From positions 27,475 through 91,474 of the forward strand of contig LWCA01000011.1 in NCBI GenBank assembly GCA_001642005.1: 64,000 bases of DNA. Direction: 5' to 3'. Source of the DNA: Intoshia linei (lineage: Eukaryota > Animalia > Orthonectida). The position numbers were made by a program, and so were the translations under genes. The notes beneath the pieces were generated by a model. That model ran no database searches. It saw only the letters and a list, made by a program, of their open reading frames with translations, and was not told where the DNA came from. Of this stretch, positions 1 through 13,589 are shown one piece after another (within the stretch, counting starts at the first letter, position 1; each line of letters begins with the position of its first letter).

Positions 1-1610
1 ATATGTTGAAGAAGAAATTAAAATTTCTTTGTCTCATATTCGACCTGAAATTAATAAAGTTGCCAACAAGTAAAGGATATAAGTCATAAAAATAAATCTT
101 AATAAAAAATATTTACATTACTTATTGAAATAAGTTAATAAAAAAATTGAAAAATTCAAATTATAATTATCTTCCATTGGAAAAATATCAATTCTATTCA
201 AGTGACGCATACATTAATGGAATATTTAAATTAATTAATTAATTTTAATTTTTAAATATAAAAATAAAACAGATAATTACATTAAACTTAAAAATAATAA
301 AAATACAAGATATAAAAGTTACCGCATCAGATTTATATTTTAAATCGAGACCATTTTTAATGTATTTATCAGGTGATATTTTTTGTTTATCCACCTTTAA
401 AGCAATACTTGGTGAAAGCATTTGTAAAACTAAATTTTTGATAAAGTATAAAGTCGAATGTCAGACTGAAATACCTAAATCTTACGGCATTAATTAAATA
501 TTCAAAACTGCGTATCCTTTGTTCAAATTGTTTTTTAAATCCATAAATCATGCACTTTCTCAGTTGTATTTTATAATTGCTTTATTTATTAAAAGGTACT
601 ATACAACATTTAATTGTTCTTTTTTAATTATTTTTACATTATTGTTTAATTGTTCAGTTACAATTACAATTGTAATTAATCTAATACTTATTTTAGATTA
701 CTAAAAATAGCAAAATTTTAAATTATATTTTTCATTCAATATTATACACATAAATTTGAGATTATAGGCACATTTCACTTAATCAGCTGCAGCTTAACTA
801 AAAAATTTAAAAAAGAAATAAAGTAAAACATTTGCTGACTTTCTTTTGTTGAAAAATGTTTAGCGAAAACTTTTATGAATATATATTTTGTAATGTTGCG
901 TATACATTAAATGTTGTATATATGCAACGATTGTACCATCTTTCTCGGTTAATGAGGTGACAGTAGGAACCAATTAGTAAATGATATATAATTTTATAAA
1001 ACAAAACTAGCATGTAAGTTAAACAACAAATGTAAAATACAGATTAATGAAAATAAAATTGAAATGTAATTTAACTGTCTTATGTATTATTATATATTTT
1101 TTGTTTTGAAAGGCTGAGTGCGATTAAAATATTTGCGAATTGAAATACAATAAATATAAATTTATATTAAATTTGAAAATAGATAGTAGTGTGTATGGTT
1201 AATATGGTTTAATTAGTTCGACAAAATAATATAATCTTGTATCTTTAGAATATTTCAATAATTATTAATTATAATTGGTGTTGCCAGAATTCTACTATAA
1301 GTTTATTGTTAGGTATAGTAATGGATATACTTCGAAAGTTGCAAAAATTTTTGTATTCATCGTAACGATAACTAAATATTTTTAATACAGTCAATTCTGT
1401 TCAAAATGAACAATTTAAGTGTAAAAACGATTTAGTAATTTTAATTCAAGACGATAAAACAAATAATTAAATAATCTATGGATACAATCTATAGTGAACA
1501 TATGTTTACTACACAAATAATGAACATTTCTTTTTATCAACATAATTGTCAACATTTAGAATCATTCAAAGCATTTTAGCCTTTTCACTGTTTGTGTATT
1601 CTATACTCTA

Positions 1611-1831
1611 CAGTGCCCGACATAAGTATTAGGCACCCCAATTGTAATTAATTTAAACACTCCTGGTTCATGATTTAAGACATTTTCTTGTATCATATCT
1701 ACTGAATGATCAAGAAAAAATATTTAAAAACCCTAAAAAAGTCAAAACTATTAAAAAAATTTAATAATTAATGTAATATAAATATTTTTAATTAAAATTG
1801 CAAAATTCCGAGCGACATAAGTCTTAGGCAC
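1611..1831 (+). mobile_element. Left end of a Tc1/mariner element with IR/DR architecture; no partner end seen
   Basis: TA at 1609-1610 followed by CAGTGCCCGACATAAGTATTAGGCACCC (TA|CAGTG is the Tc1-type terminus). The core CGACATAAGT(A/C)TTAGGCAC recurs at 1813-1831, 195 bp inside, matching the outer/inner DR layout of IR/DR Tc1 elements. Confidence 0.7.
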
Positions 1832-1959
1832 TTATAAAATAATACAATTAATTATGTTAATTAAATGAAAATATATTAGATAAATATTTACTACCAACAA
1901 GTTTTTTAAATTCTCAGCCTATTATTAATAGTAATTGTAAATTGATATCTTTTAGCGGT

Positions 1960-2825
1960 CATACAATATGCTAACGAAGAGCATGGACTGCCAAATGTAG
2001 CTATCGAAATCGAACAGTGACACAACTATTTGAAATTGTAGATGGTTGCAAACCGATTATAAAATTAAATTTAATAAATAATTTAAAAATTGACTTAAAT
2101 ATCGGATAAAGTAATTTTGACCCACATGCCGAGACTATTGTTTAAGTAGATGCTTCTAATGATGGAATCGGGGCTATTTTATTGCAAATAATTAATGGCC
2201 ATAAAACAACGATAGCTTTCTATTCTTCAAGATTATCTAAAACTGAGCGTAATTATTTAACTGGTGAGAAAGAATCTTTAGCCTGCGTAATGGGTATACG
2301 TAAATCGCACAATTATGTGTATGGACGCTCTATAATACTGAGAACGGACCATTTACCATTATTATATTTGTTGAAAAATTTAACTAACGGTCATGCAGCA
2401 GCTAGAATAAAAAGGTGGTCAATATTTTTGAGAGAGTTTATACAATAGAGCACGTTAAAGGTAAAAACAATGAAATTGCTGATTGTCTCTCTAGGCTACC
2501 CAGTGATGATGAAATTGAAAGAATTGATATTAAATATGTTCATCTTATTGCTAATCCACAGTATTTAAGCATGATTGAAATTATTGATGCTGTTATCTCC
2601 AATCTTGTATTAACCAAAATAAAAAAATTTGTTTCAGAAGGTTGGCCAGATAAAAAATTTTTATCAAGCAAAGAAAAAAAATTTTACCAAATAAATTCTG
2701 AATTGTGGATTAATGACAATATACTGATTAGAGGGTGACTCCTTAATTGTATTGCCTGATAAATTATACGAAAAATGTATTAGTCTCGCTCATACTTATG
2801 ATATGGGAAAAACAAAACAAAAAGG
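1960..2825 (+). pseudogene. Decayed Ty3/gypsy LTR-retrotransposon pol fragment (possible protease end, RNase H, start of integrase zinc-binding region)
   Basis: Frame from 2113 reads NFDPHAETIV*VDASNDGIGAILLQ...SRLSKTERNY..GEKESLA...RTDHLPL...RIKRW (RNase H, in-frame TAA at 2143). A frameshift leads to YTIEHVKGKNNEIADCLSRLP...GWP...ELWINDNILIRG*, then LPDKLYEKCISLAH. The RT core is absent. Confidence 0.9.
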
Positions 2826-3009
2826 TTACTCAGAAGCAGTGGCGACTCTGGCTAATCGGGCTAAAATTTCTATGACAACCACAAATTTTTTTCAAATTAT
2901 ATTTGAAAATAATAAATATCAAAAAAAAAATTTACAAATAAGAAGTAATTATAAACTAAATCTGAAAATTATAAATAGAAAATGAAGATTCAAATTTTTT
3001 GTAACGATA

Positions 3010-3242
3010 TTTAAAATTGACATAACTAAGATATAAATAATTTCTCATAAAATTTTAGATGTAACCGCTATATAAATTTAATGTAAAGATTTATTACTAG
3101 TCAAATGAAAATTTTTCCGAGCTGAACAAGTTTAAAATTAACGTAGCTAAGATATAAATAATTTCTCAAAATTTTAGATGTAACCGCTATAAAAATTTAA
3201 TCTATAGATTTATTACTAGTCAAATGAAAATCTGCCCGAGTT
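3010..3242. repeat. Tandem duplication, about 121-bp unit x2
   Basis: CTAAGATATAAATAATTTCTCA..AAATTTTAGATGTAACCGCTATA.AAATTTAAT.TA.AGATTTATTACTAGTCAAATGAAAAT occurs at about 3026 and again at about 3147. Confidence 0.9.
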
Positions 3243-5729
3243 ATGTGTATTTATATTGATTTAATTTAAACATTTATGCAAATATTTCGCTTACAAGTGA
3301 TTGTCAAGTGAATAATCTTTTTTGAATTTCAGACTGAATATATAATTGTGTTCATATTTACAAATTAAAAATTAATTTAACAATTATTAAGAAATTTAAC
3401 ACTCGAAAATATTAAATATTTTATTTTTTTTAATATTTTGATAATTGTTTAATTGGGGTTTTCACCCGCAAGGACTCAAATTTGGAAACTGAAAAATAGA
3501 AAATTTTCATTCATTGAGAATTTATAAAAAGTGACAATTTAACTGGCGTTGTTATTTGTGTTGATAATATGCAGGTCAGATTGGAACGAAATTTACATGA
3601 AATTGAAATTAGAAATGCAAAAAACAATTAATAAAGTCTGAAATAACTGACATAATTTTAAGTTAACGATTTACTGAAAGTAAAAACTCAATTGGTATGG
3701 GTTCTTTAAATGTAATAGCAAATTAAGGTATAATAAAAATTAAATGGATAAGAGGAAGATAGAGAGGGAAGTAGGAGAGGAAAGAGGCATTTTATTTTAT
3801 TCAAAACATTCAATTTGGTATACGCAAATCATTAATATTTTAATTTAATTATAATTATTAATTTACATATACATTGTTAATATAAATTATGTTAATTTAC
3901 TAGCATTATTGCATCATCAAGGCATGAAAATTTATAATTTATATTTTATACACATAAATAAGATTGATTAGTTTATTTCATTTCGGTAAGCAAAAAAGAT
4001 ATTAGTAGGATGAAATTGGAATATAATATATTTTTCTATTAATAATATACATAATAATATATCATACAGTTTTATTGAGGGACAGAGTGACTATTCTTAT
4101 TCTTGGCACGATGGTAGAAAAGAAATCCTTAAAAACATAAGATGAAATTTAAATGGAAAGTAAATTATGTGGTTGGATATTGACGTTTGTACTATGGTAA
4201 AAATGGAATTATTTCCAGTTGCACCAGTCCATATCTAATGTTCCACAAACCAGGATATGAAATACATGTAGTTATCATTTCCATATTTCTCAATTAACCT
4301 ACATCTCACAGAAAACTCGTGTATATATTTATAGGGCGTTGTATCGATATAATCTTATTGTAATTGGAAGGTATTTATCAATGTTAAATTATTTTAAATG
4401 TATGATCGAAGATTAAATGAATGAAGATTTAAGAATAAGTTAAAATTTAAGCAAAAATAATATACAATCTATATTCAAAAGTAAAGATACAAATTTGAAT
4501 ATACATTTGTAAATTTGTATTATTTAGTTACATGTATTTAAATTTAATAATGATTATTGACTCCAAATAATATATTAAATTTTTTCTGGATCTAAATTAG
4601 AAAATTTCTGTAAACAAAAATATCTACAGACAAAATGGATTTGATTCATAAATTTTGTTTGAACAACATTTTTATCAATAGGCACAATTTAGTTTGAATT
4701 CTTGAAAATTGAAAAAATTACTATAAATATATCAGGTACATGAATCAGGGTGGACAACACCCATTAACCCCTAAAAAAATATTTTTATATAAATTAGATT
4801 TCATAGAAAATCAAAATTTTCCTTGTCCCCATGATACAATTGTACTATATATTCTCAATATTTTTCTGAACTCCAGGGTTTTCCATAGACCAATTTCATC
4901 GACTCCTGATTTATATATTTAATTCCAATAATATAATGCATGTATATATAACCTTCAGTTTTTTTGAAGGATATACGAGCTTAAGTACATTATCCACTTT
5001 CTGTAAAATTTTAAAAATAAATCTAATAATAGAAAAGCGCTATTCGTTGAAGATACAGAACGACTATGAATAATATTTAGAAATGTGCAAATGTAAATTG
5101 GAATAATATGATAAATTTACCAAATTCAGTATAAAGCCAAGTGAAGGGAAATTTTTCGCACATCACAATTTAAGAAATTCCGAAAAAACAAATTAAAGTA
5201 CATATATTATTGTTAGGGATTATATCTGATAAACTAAAATATTTTTCTTTCTCGAAAATTTAGTCGGAATTTATAATCCACTTTATAATTTGACTAGGTT
5301 GACTGTTATGTACTACGTACAAACAGCACCTAGCTCTGCCGAGGGCACATTTTTATTATACCAAAAAAATAAATTCACGTTGAAAATCTAACTTAAAAAT
5401 CCACTATTCACTATTATCAATTCCCAGGTTCCCAAATTTGTTTCAGGTGGAACCATCATATCATTACTTTTTATTTTAAAGTGAATTATTCCATCTTAAT
5501 TTTTTGTTGGTTAACATTTCAAAATAAAGTAAAAACAGTCCAATTCTATAAATTGTCATAAATAGCATAAATTGAAAAAAAAATAAAATTATAAAAACCT
5601 ATTTTGTCATTTTCAATGTGATAAATCATATATCACTGATGACATATATTCAGTACCAATTTTCTAAATACTTAAAAATACCAATTATGTATCAATAATT
5701 AACGGAATCTTCACTTTATAAATATATTT

Positions 5730-6633
5730 TAAACGAATTTACCAAATATTACAAAGGATTGTAATAAATATAAAAATGATACTAACAAAGTTGTATTACT
5801 TTTAGTAGTCGTTGTTGTAGTTTTTATTTAAATTTTATTACAAATGTTTTGAAAATGAGAATTTGAAATTTCAAAATTGCGAAGGATTAAATTATATAGA
5901 TTTTCACCCATATTTCTTTATTGGAAATGTGTAGACGTTCAATTTACACTTTTTTATTATTTGTAGGATCAATATTTACATTTTTAATTTTTATCGAAAT
6001 ATTTGAAAAATGTTGGTTAATAATATATTAAAAATTATTTTTCACCGGGAATGCGTAGATTTCTGGGGGTTGAACTTTTGTATTTATATCAACTGGAATA
6101 AGCTCTACGAGAATAATTTTTTTTTTAATTTTCGGACAGTTAATTATTTCACATTTTTTGTTTTAATAAAATATTTCGGAAAAAATGTATATGAATACTA
6201 AAATACTTTTTTGACCGTAAAGTCGTCACTTATTCGGATTAAAAATTTTTGTGTGTGTTAACAGGATACAACTGTACCACCTGTAAATTTGTTGAAATTC
6301 TAGGGCTGTTTTCAAAAAAAAGGAAGGGTCATTTGGGGTTTTGACCTTGAAGATATCATTTTTTTAAATTTATGATAATGTTTATGATTTTAAAATCCGT
6401 ATCAGCGTATATATTTTTTTAAATTCTCCAACTCGTTTGATTTTCAAAAAGAGGATAATTGGGGTTTTTGACCCGTAAGATGTATGTTTGGGAGGTTGAA
6501 ATTTATCTTATTATTACCCGAAAAACACTGTAATTGAAATGTGGAGTTTATAAAATTCTAAGACTGGTAGTTATTGAATTAAAGAGGAACACACACAAAA
6601 ACAAATATTGCATAGGATATTATATAAGTAAGA
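5730..6633 (-). mobile_element. Copy of a dispersed non-autonomous Helitron-like repeat
   Basis: About 5990-6633 is the reverse complement of 30367-30975 (e.g. CGGGAATGCGTAGATTTCTGGGG), and 5730-5860 is the reverse complement of about 9650-9780. The terminus reads TCTTACTTATATAA followed by a GTTTGTGTGT-like tract, the style of non-autonomous Helitron 5' ends. Repeat status is certain; the class is inferred. Confidence 0.7.
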
Positions 6634-6968
6634 AATCCTTACTAAGGATAGATCAAAAGTATGGATTTGTGGTTTGTACAAAAACTAAAATTTAGGATTA
6701 TTGACTCATACTTTTTTCTAATTTTGAATAAATTATAACTAATTATATAAATGGAATCAAACCAATTATTAAATCAAATATACCACTATTGGGTCTTAGC
6801 AATTAAAAACGAATGCACCCTTTGAAAGTGACATTTAATTATTTTAGACTCTGATTACATTAGAAATCGTAATTTAAATTTCTCCAAAGTGGATTTTGAA
6901 GTACAATTTCTACTTTAACATGAATTACTTTGGGTAATGTAAACTATAATATTTTGTAGTTAAAATAT

Positions 6969-8260
6969 TTATTTATTTTCATGTTTCATATGAGCAAAGG
7001 TGGTAAAAAGCGCAGTAATAATTAGCCATATTGAATTAATATTGAATACTGTACTGTACGAACCGCTATTGTCTCGGATAGTTCCAGAGATGATAGGTCC
7101 AATGATAATTGGGATAGACATTACGGTCATAGCAAAACTCATACCACTGGAAGCTTTTTTAGGACCCAATAAATCTCTACAAATGGGCATAATAAATGAA
7201 CTAAGTATTCCTAGAGCCACTCCTAATATTGTTGAAAGGATCATCATATAATATTTATATTGTATTAATATGGGTATAAATAGCAAACAAATGCCGCCAA
7301 TCATCGAAGCAAATTGGTGAATGATAACTCTATTAAAACCTTTGTAATCAGAAATTTTCCCAAACACTAAACGGCCAATAATAGAACCTAAACCTAGAGC
7401 TGACACCAATATATCTCCTTTATAAGTTGTGTGGCTTTCCACAGTATATCTAACCTAAATTGAACTGTGAATGGATATTATTAATACTTACTAAATACAG
7501 GTAAGTCGTTCCATATCCAATGCGTAAACTCAAGTAGCCGATAACATACATTTTGTATTGATAAACATTAAGAACGTCTAATAATTTAAATTTTTCACTT
7601 GTCGATGATGGGCATAGTTTTGTATTTAGTTTTTCGATTAAATTAATCTTTTTATTTGGAGTTTGACGTAAGACTGGCAGGCATGCATATATTAGAAGAT
7701 AAGCGCAAGCCTGGAATCCAAAAAGATAAGAGAGTCCAAGATTGTTGATTATTGGACGAATTACGTGCGGTAATATGATTGTGAATATAGCAGTGCCACT
7801 AGCAACAATACCATTGATTGTACCAATATTTTTTTCGAAATGACAAAGCAAGATATTCATCACTGGTACATAAATTAGAGAATTTCCTAGACCCACAATT
7901 AATCCTACGCACACATACAAGACAATAATAGAATTTGGAAATAACGCGGTTACCACTAGACCCACTGTGCATAGAGTTGTGCCAATGAGTGCAGTTTTGA
8001 CTCTTCCAATCCTTTGCATTACCATATTTGCTAAAATACTGGTCATGAAAAATATTCCATTTGGTAAAGCTCCCACAATAGCTACAATGTATTTATATAT
8101 AATACGTTTATAAAAGGATACAATTTTTCAAGGACGATTTAGACCCAATATCTTTACCCACTAAGTTGTCGTATATTATGCCGAACGTATTGATCATTCC
8201 ATATATCAAACCATTGCACCAACAAGACAATGATACGGCAAAAAGTTTTGTCAAATTCAT
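6969..8260 (-). CDS. Monocarboxylate/aromatic amino acid transporter (SLC16, MCT8/MCT10-like MFS), 3 exons
   Basis: Exon 1 (ATG 8260, not in ORF track) MNLTKLFAVSLSCWCNGLIYGMINTFGII carries the WCNG of SLC16A2/A10. It splices into ORFs 7450-8076 and 6969-7442 (37-nt intron 7455-7491), with motifs HFEKNIGTINGIVASG, GRLVFGKISD and IGPIISGTIRDNSGSY. Confidence 0.88.
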
Positions 8261-9092
8261 GAATTCAGTAGATATTTAATTATGGTTTGTCTTTATAAAG
8301 CAATACAAATAATTGATAATATACATTATATATTGTTTACATTTATACTTCAACTTGAATTTATAAATTAATTAATAATAATACATTTTTACTTGTATCA
8401 CATTGGCAAGCCCGTTGAGCCATCTAGGGCCCGAGTCCAAAATGATAAACCCTATAGACAAGTTGTAATACATAAAATCTATAACAATACTACAATAATA
8501 ATTATAATCAAATCCCATATTCTGAATAACACTAAAAATTTTTTTCCTAAAACTATAGTTTTAAAAGTAAAAGTTTTTCGTATTACATGTATAATATTTA
8601 ACATGGAAATATATCCAATTCTCTAAAATTTCAATTTATTTCCAAGTCAAATAAAGGGAGCTATAAGGTAAACAAATTTAAAATTGTTGTTATGAAAAAA
8701 CTTGTAAAATTTATTAACAAAATGAAATTAATCGTTGTCAATATCACATACATTACATGTATTACAGTCTAAGTTTTTATTAACGCAATTTTCTCATAGT
8801 AACACTTTTATTAACGGAATATAATTTTTTTAATAAAAATATTAAATAGTCATATTTCTTGTTACTGTGAGTTTTTGAATAATATATGACAAAGTAATAT
8901 ACATAAAACATTATCAAGGGGTTTACATCAGTTTTTTTGGGCCTTTCTCGTTTCTTAGAAATTATATTTTAAGTGTTCAAACAAAGATTTAAATGTCAAA
9001 TTACCTGTGAAGAACTCTGTGTTGCAAAAAAGTTACGAAACCACTGGATGACATCCTTGAATTTTACAGTGGTTTATCAGTGATTAATTAAT

Positions 9093-9890
9093 ACTTTACT
9101 TATATAAAAACGAATGTATGTGTTTTTTTGTGTTTGTGTCCAACCATTTATTAAAAAAATTCACAGTCGTTGGATTTAAAAAACCAAATTTCTAATACTT
9201 TTTTCCCAGAACCAGGTTTTATTCATTTTAGTCCTTCAGGGTAAAAAACCCAATTTTTCCTTTTTGTTTAAAAAAAATCATCCCAAAATCAAGCCTAAAA
9301 TTTAATAAAACATACATTCTGGGACGCGTTTTAAAATCATAAACATTATCATAAATGGAAACGTAAAAAAATAATTTTCACAATCAAAACCTCATATGAC
9401 CATCATTTTTTTTAAACAGTCCTAGAATTTAAAAAAATTTCAATATTTATTTAACAATACAACAATATTTATTTTTTTTATTTCGAAACTATTTTATTAA
9501 CACAATTGTAAAACAAAAAATTTGAAATAATTAATGGCCCTTCAATTAAAAAAAAAAGAGATTATTCTGATATAGCTCATCTATCATGGGTGGAAATCTA
9601 TATAATTGATTCTTTCAGGTTTTTTTCATGGCTACGCAATTTTTTATTCTCAAATTTATATTTTCAAAACATTTTGTTTAAAATTTAAATTAAAACTACC
9701 GCAACGAATTACTAAAAGTAATGCAACTTTGTTATTATCATTTTTATATTTATTACAATGCTTTGCAATATTGATAAAATTCATCTGAAATTTTATTAAA
9801 TGAAAACCATTAAATATCATATTTCTTGTTATTATGAATTTTTGAATAATACATGACGAAGTAATATACACAAAACATGTTACTTTTCAA
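9093..9890 (+). mobile_element. Helitron-like repeat copy leading into the tRNA-Gly-like sequence
   Basis: Starts CTTTACTTATATAAAAACGAATGTATGTGTTTTTTTGTGTTTGTGT and shares internal blocks (TTTTAAAATCATAAACATTAT, CCTAGAATTT) with 30367-30975 and 5730-6633. The 9813-9880 segment also recurs at about 8843-8910. Confidence 0.6.
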
Positions 9891-9961
9891 GCATTAGTGG
9901 TTCAGTGGTAGAATTACTCATTGCCATTCAGTAATTCCTGGTTCGATTCCCGGTTAATGCA
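9891..9961 (+). tRNA. tRNA-Gly(GCC)-like gene, probably a pseudogene or repeat-borne copy
   Basis: GCATTAGTGGTTCAGTGGTAGAATTACTCATTGCCATTCAGTAATTCCTGGTTCGATTCCCGGTTAATGCA has acceptor stem GCATTAG/TTAATGC, A and B boxes, GCC anticodon and a following T-run. There is a C-C mismatch in the anticodon stem and a T-C mismatch in the T stem. Confidence 0.8.
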
Positions 9962-10448
9962 TTTTTTTAATTGATTTTTTCATTTTGAATTTGGATCGAC
10001 TCTGCATGCTTATCAAGTTTTTAAACTCATGACCATTTATATTAATCGTGATCATAAACGTGACATTAAAATAGACCATAAAAATTAATCGCGCACCTTA
10101 TTCGATAAAAACGTTTAAAGTTACCTAATAATAATTCGTTATTTGCGACGTTATGGGACTCTAAAGAAACATGAAATATAAAACATTTATGAAAAAATGT
10201 TTTTTAAGTTTTTTATCATTACATTGTAGATTTAGTAAAATTGGAGTTTTTATTTTGGGGTTTTCGATTAAGAAGTTGTTTATCATAAGATTTGGTAACA
10301 ATGCGATTTTTCAAAAGAATGATATTAAGATGGGATAATATTTGTTGTAAAATGATGCATCGTTTCTCTTAATTAAAACATTTATATTTTTTAATACATG
10401 TATATATAATTTAATATTTGTTTTTCGTTTTAATTTAAACTACTAGAC

Positions 10449-10806
10449 CAGGGAAGTCAGACTCAATTTGCTTGGCGGGTCAAATGTGAAAAAAAATTAT
10501 TACGTGGACCGCACAAAAAAAATCTTTACTCAAAAAATTATGTTAAAACTAACAGATTTAATTAATTCTAACTTTAAACTTTAAAATCTAAAATTAATTC
10601 GGTTATTGTATATTATATTTAGGTATATTAAATTTTAATTTTACCCCGGTTTTTTGCGCAGTAATATAAAAAATATATATAATGTATAAAATTAAAAAAA
10701 TCTGTTAGGACACCACATGGAAATATTTGTTATAAATTATGGTGGGGCCTAGAAACTTCTTAAGGATAAAAGTGGGGCATGACACTTAAAAGGTTGGGAA
10801 ACACTG
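10449..10806. mobile_element. hAT (Buster/Charlie-type) MITE, possibly composite
   Basis: Begins CAGGGAAGTCAGACTC and ends AAAGGTTGGGAAACACTG, flanked by TACTAGAC / AACTAGAC (7/8, central TA typical of Buster targets). The two ends match each other poorly. Confidence 0.55.
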
Positions 10807-12023
10807 AACTAGACTAAACTCTAGTCCAAGCCCGTGAATAGATAGCTAGGGATATAATGCATTGTAATTGCATTGCATACATAATTACACAATATAAAAT
10901 TCGGGGCAATAACTGATATACCATATTGTTTTAGTATTGAAAAAATTAGATTATAATTCCTTTTAGTTTTCCTTATATTTCAATATAATACAGGTGCTCT
11001 CAAGTTTTGTCGGGGTGTATTCTAGTTAAATTCTAGGTTTAAATACTACACGTATTAATAATTAAATTAAATTTAAAAAATTAAACTTTATACAACTACA
11101 AAATATTTCATTGATCCACTTGAAACAATTAATATATTATTGATATATAATTAAAAATTAACACCAGCTGATGAAAAAGATAAGAGTGTGTCATGAAATG
11201 GACGATTGCGTGCCGGAAAAAAACAGTAATACACATAAAATTAATATCGTTACGGTTAATAATGTTACTATACTTTATCAAGTTATTATTAAATTAATTA
11301 ATTAAATATTATTGATTATTTGAACTTTAATTGCAATTAATCGAGATTAAATGGTTTGTACTGAAAATAGATCAATTAAATAATTGTCATTATAATTAAA
11401 TTCATATCGTTAAAAACTAGTAGTTTTACATACATTTAATTGATATTATTTTTCGTTGATTGACATAAAATTGTTATAATCATATTAATCTATTGGGTAA
11501 TTTTTCCCTGTTCATATTTTCGATAGATTTGGCATTTAAAATTGCGATAATCACGGTTATTGAACTGTTATTATTTTAAAAAATAATGAAATTACTCAAA
11601 TGATTATTTTGGAGAAATACCCCTCATGGCTAATCATGCACAATAGGATTATTGGCAATTTAAGATGCTAATCTAAAAGGTGTTTTTTTGAAAGTTGATT
11701 CGTTTTCGTGAATTGAAATTATTTCATAATTTTTAGATTGACTAAAAAATATTTAATTGCAAACAAATTTGATTATAAATTGATTAATATTAATGTAAAT
11801 TGATTATTTTTATATGCAATTAAAGCATATAAATTGTGCTATTAAATTATTAATTCGTCAACTAGCAATTTGTATAGCTATAAATAAAACATTCTGCTAA
11901 TTGGATGACATGTAGTTTGTAGTAATATAACTATAATACATTCTAATTCTCAACTACATAAACCAATCACATTATTAGATTAAACATATTAACATAAATT
12001 TGTCATTATTATCATTTACATTT

Positions 12024-13238
12024 ATGACGGATAACGGAAGTGAAAATAAAAGTTTTAATATATCGAGTATATTGCAAACTCAATATATGAAGCGTAAATC
12101 AACCGAAAATTATCAACTACCACATAAACATTCTAAATGCGTTAATCCGATACAATCACAGAATGAAACAGTACACGAAACTCGAGGAAAAATTGAAAAT
12201 TTAACGTTTCATGAGTATCTACAAAAAATGATGAAAACAGAAAAAAATTTTTATAACCATTCACAATTTGGTCAAATTCCGTATATATCTCCGTTTTATC
12301 TTCCAACTAGTGTGATTCAAACTATAAATTCACAATCATATTTATTGAATAAAAATTTCATTGATTCGTGTACTAATAGTATATTTAATTCCAATTCCCT
12401 TAATTTACTTGAACCTTGTGAAATGTCTCAACTGAACAATTCTCTATCTCTTAGTTCAAACGTTTTATCCCATGAAAAAGTAAAAAAACGAAGACATAGG
12501 TATTTACTAAACAATAGTTTGTAAGGGAATGTAAAATCCTTATACCCTTAACATTTGTCATAACCAAATATTGTACATTTTTTGTAAATAATTAATTTCA
12601 TAACTTATAAGTATATACTTATATTTCTATTCCAAACGCATTTTCTTGGGCAACCGCAAAATGAGATTGTTAATTTTGAAAGGATAATCATAATGAAAAT
12701 AAATAAATTGTAGATCTACATTTTCAAGTTTCCAGTTGGATGAATTGGAAAAATCGTTCATTTCAGCACATTATCCAGATGTTAGTTCTAGAGAAATTTT
12801 GTCAATTAAGACGCAACTTACTGAAGATCGTATTCAGGTACGCAATGCAAAAACTACAATACATAAACATTTAGGTTTGGTTTCAAAATAGACGAGCAAA
12901 ATGGAGAAAAACCGAAAAAACATGGGGGAAAAGTAGTATAATGGCAGAATATGGTTAAATTTATTTTTTTTATTATAATTATTAAATAGGTCTTTACGGA
13001 GCTATGGTACGTCACTCTTTACCACTTCCAGATACTCTTTTCAAAAATAAAGATACAAGGGACCCCACATCATGGCTTTTGAGTAATTTATTTCAAATTA
13101 CATTTATGTTTTATAAACAGTATGTAAAACTATTTTAATTTTTTCAAATTAATTAAAATTAACCAACTGTGAGTATTCAATTATATTTTTGATAACATTT
13201 TAGATATGCACGAAAAGTCGGCTAAACATCAGCATTAA
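12024..13238 (+). CDS. Vsx: Visual system homeobox (Vsx/Chx10/ceh-10) paired-like homeodomain plus CVC domain, 5 exons
   Basis: Exon 1 has an eh1-like SFNISSIL. Spliced homeodomain KKRRHR|[41 protein letters not shown]|[12 protein letters not shown] (Q50), then [15 protein letters not shown]|[15 protein letters not shown]...SWLL|NMHEKS and TAA at 13236-13238. Confidence 0.95.
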
Positions 13239-13589
13239 AAGAAACTATGTAATTATTCTATTTAATTAATAAAATTTACCATACATGTTTCGATTTTATA
13301 ATATTGATTTTATTAAACTTTCCGATTCCATTAATTATTTATTAATCAAATTAAATTTTGATTTCGATAAAGTTGTATACTAATATATAATACTAGATTG
13401 ACAGTTTTGTACTTTGTACAAACATCACGTAGCTTTGCTGAGGTGGACTTTTTTAATTATACCTAAAGAATAAAATCTTTCATAAAAATACTACTATTCA
13501 TTACTACCAATTTTTTCAAGGAGTGGTTCTCAAACGTGTGAAGACATTATTTAAAATGTTATTTTTAAATTATAGGACCATTATAAGCT

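Noticed and set aside
1-700. Possible minus-strand exons of a gene running off the left edge (e.g. LQMLSPSIALKVDKQKISPDKYIKNGLDLKYKSDA, about 322-428) and ORF 519-704
   Set aside because: No consistent splice phases or recognisable family could be established; ORF 519-704 looks like AT-rich noise.
3400-5700. Short coding-looking stretches and ORF 4740-4922
   Set aside because: Interrupted by stops, with no recognisable motifs; probably decayed repeats.
10850-12020. Cluster of TAAT/TAATTA homeodomain sites upstream of Vsx (autoregulation)
   Set aside because: Such words are expected at high frequency in DNA this AT-rich, and enrichment cannot be shown by eye.
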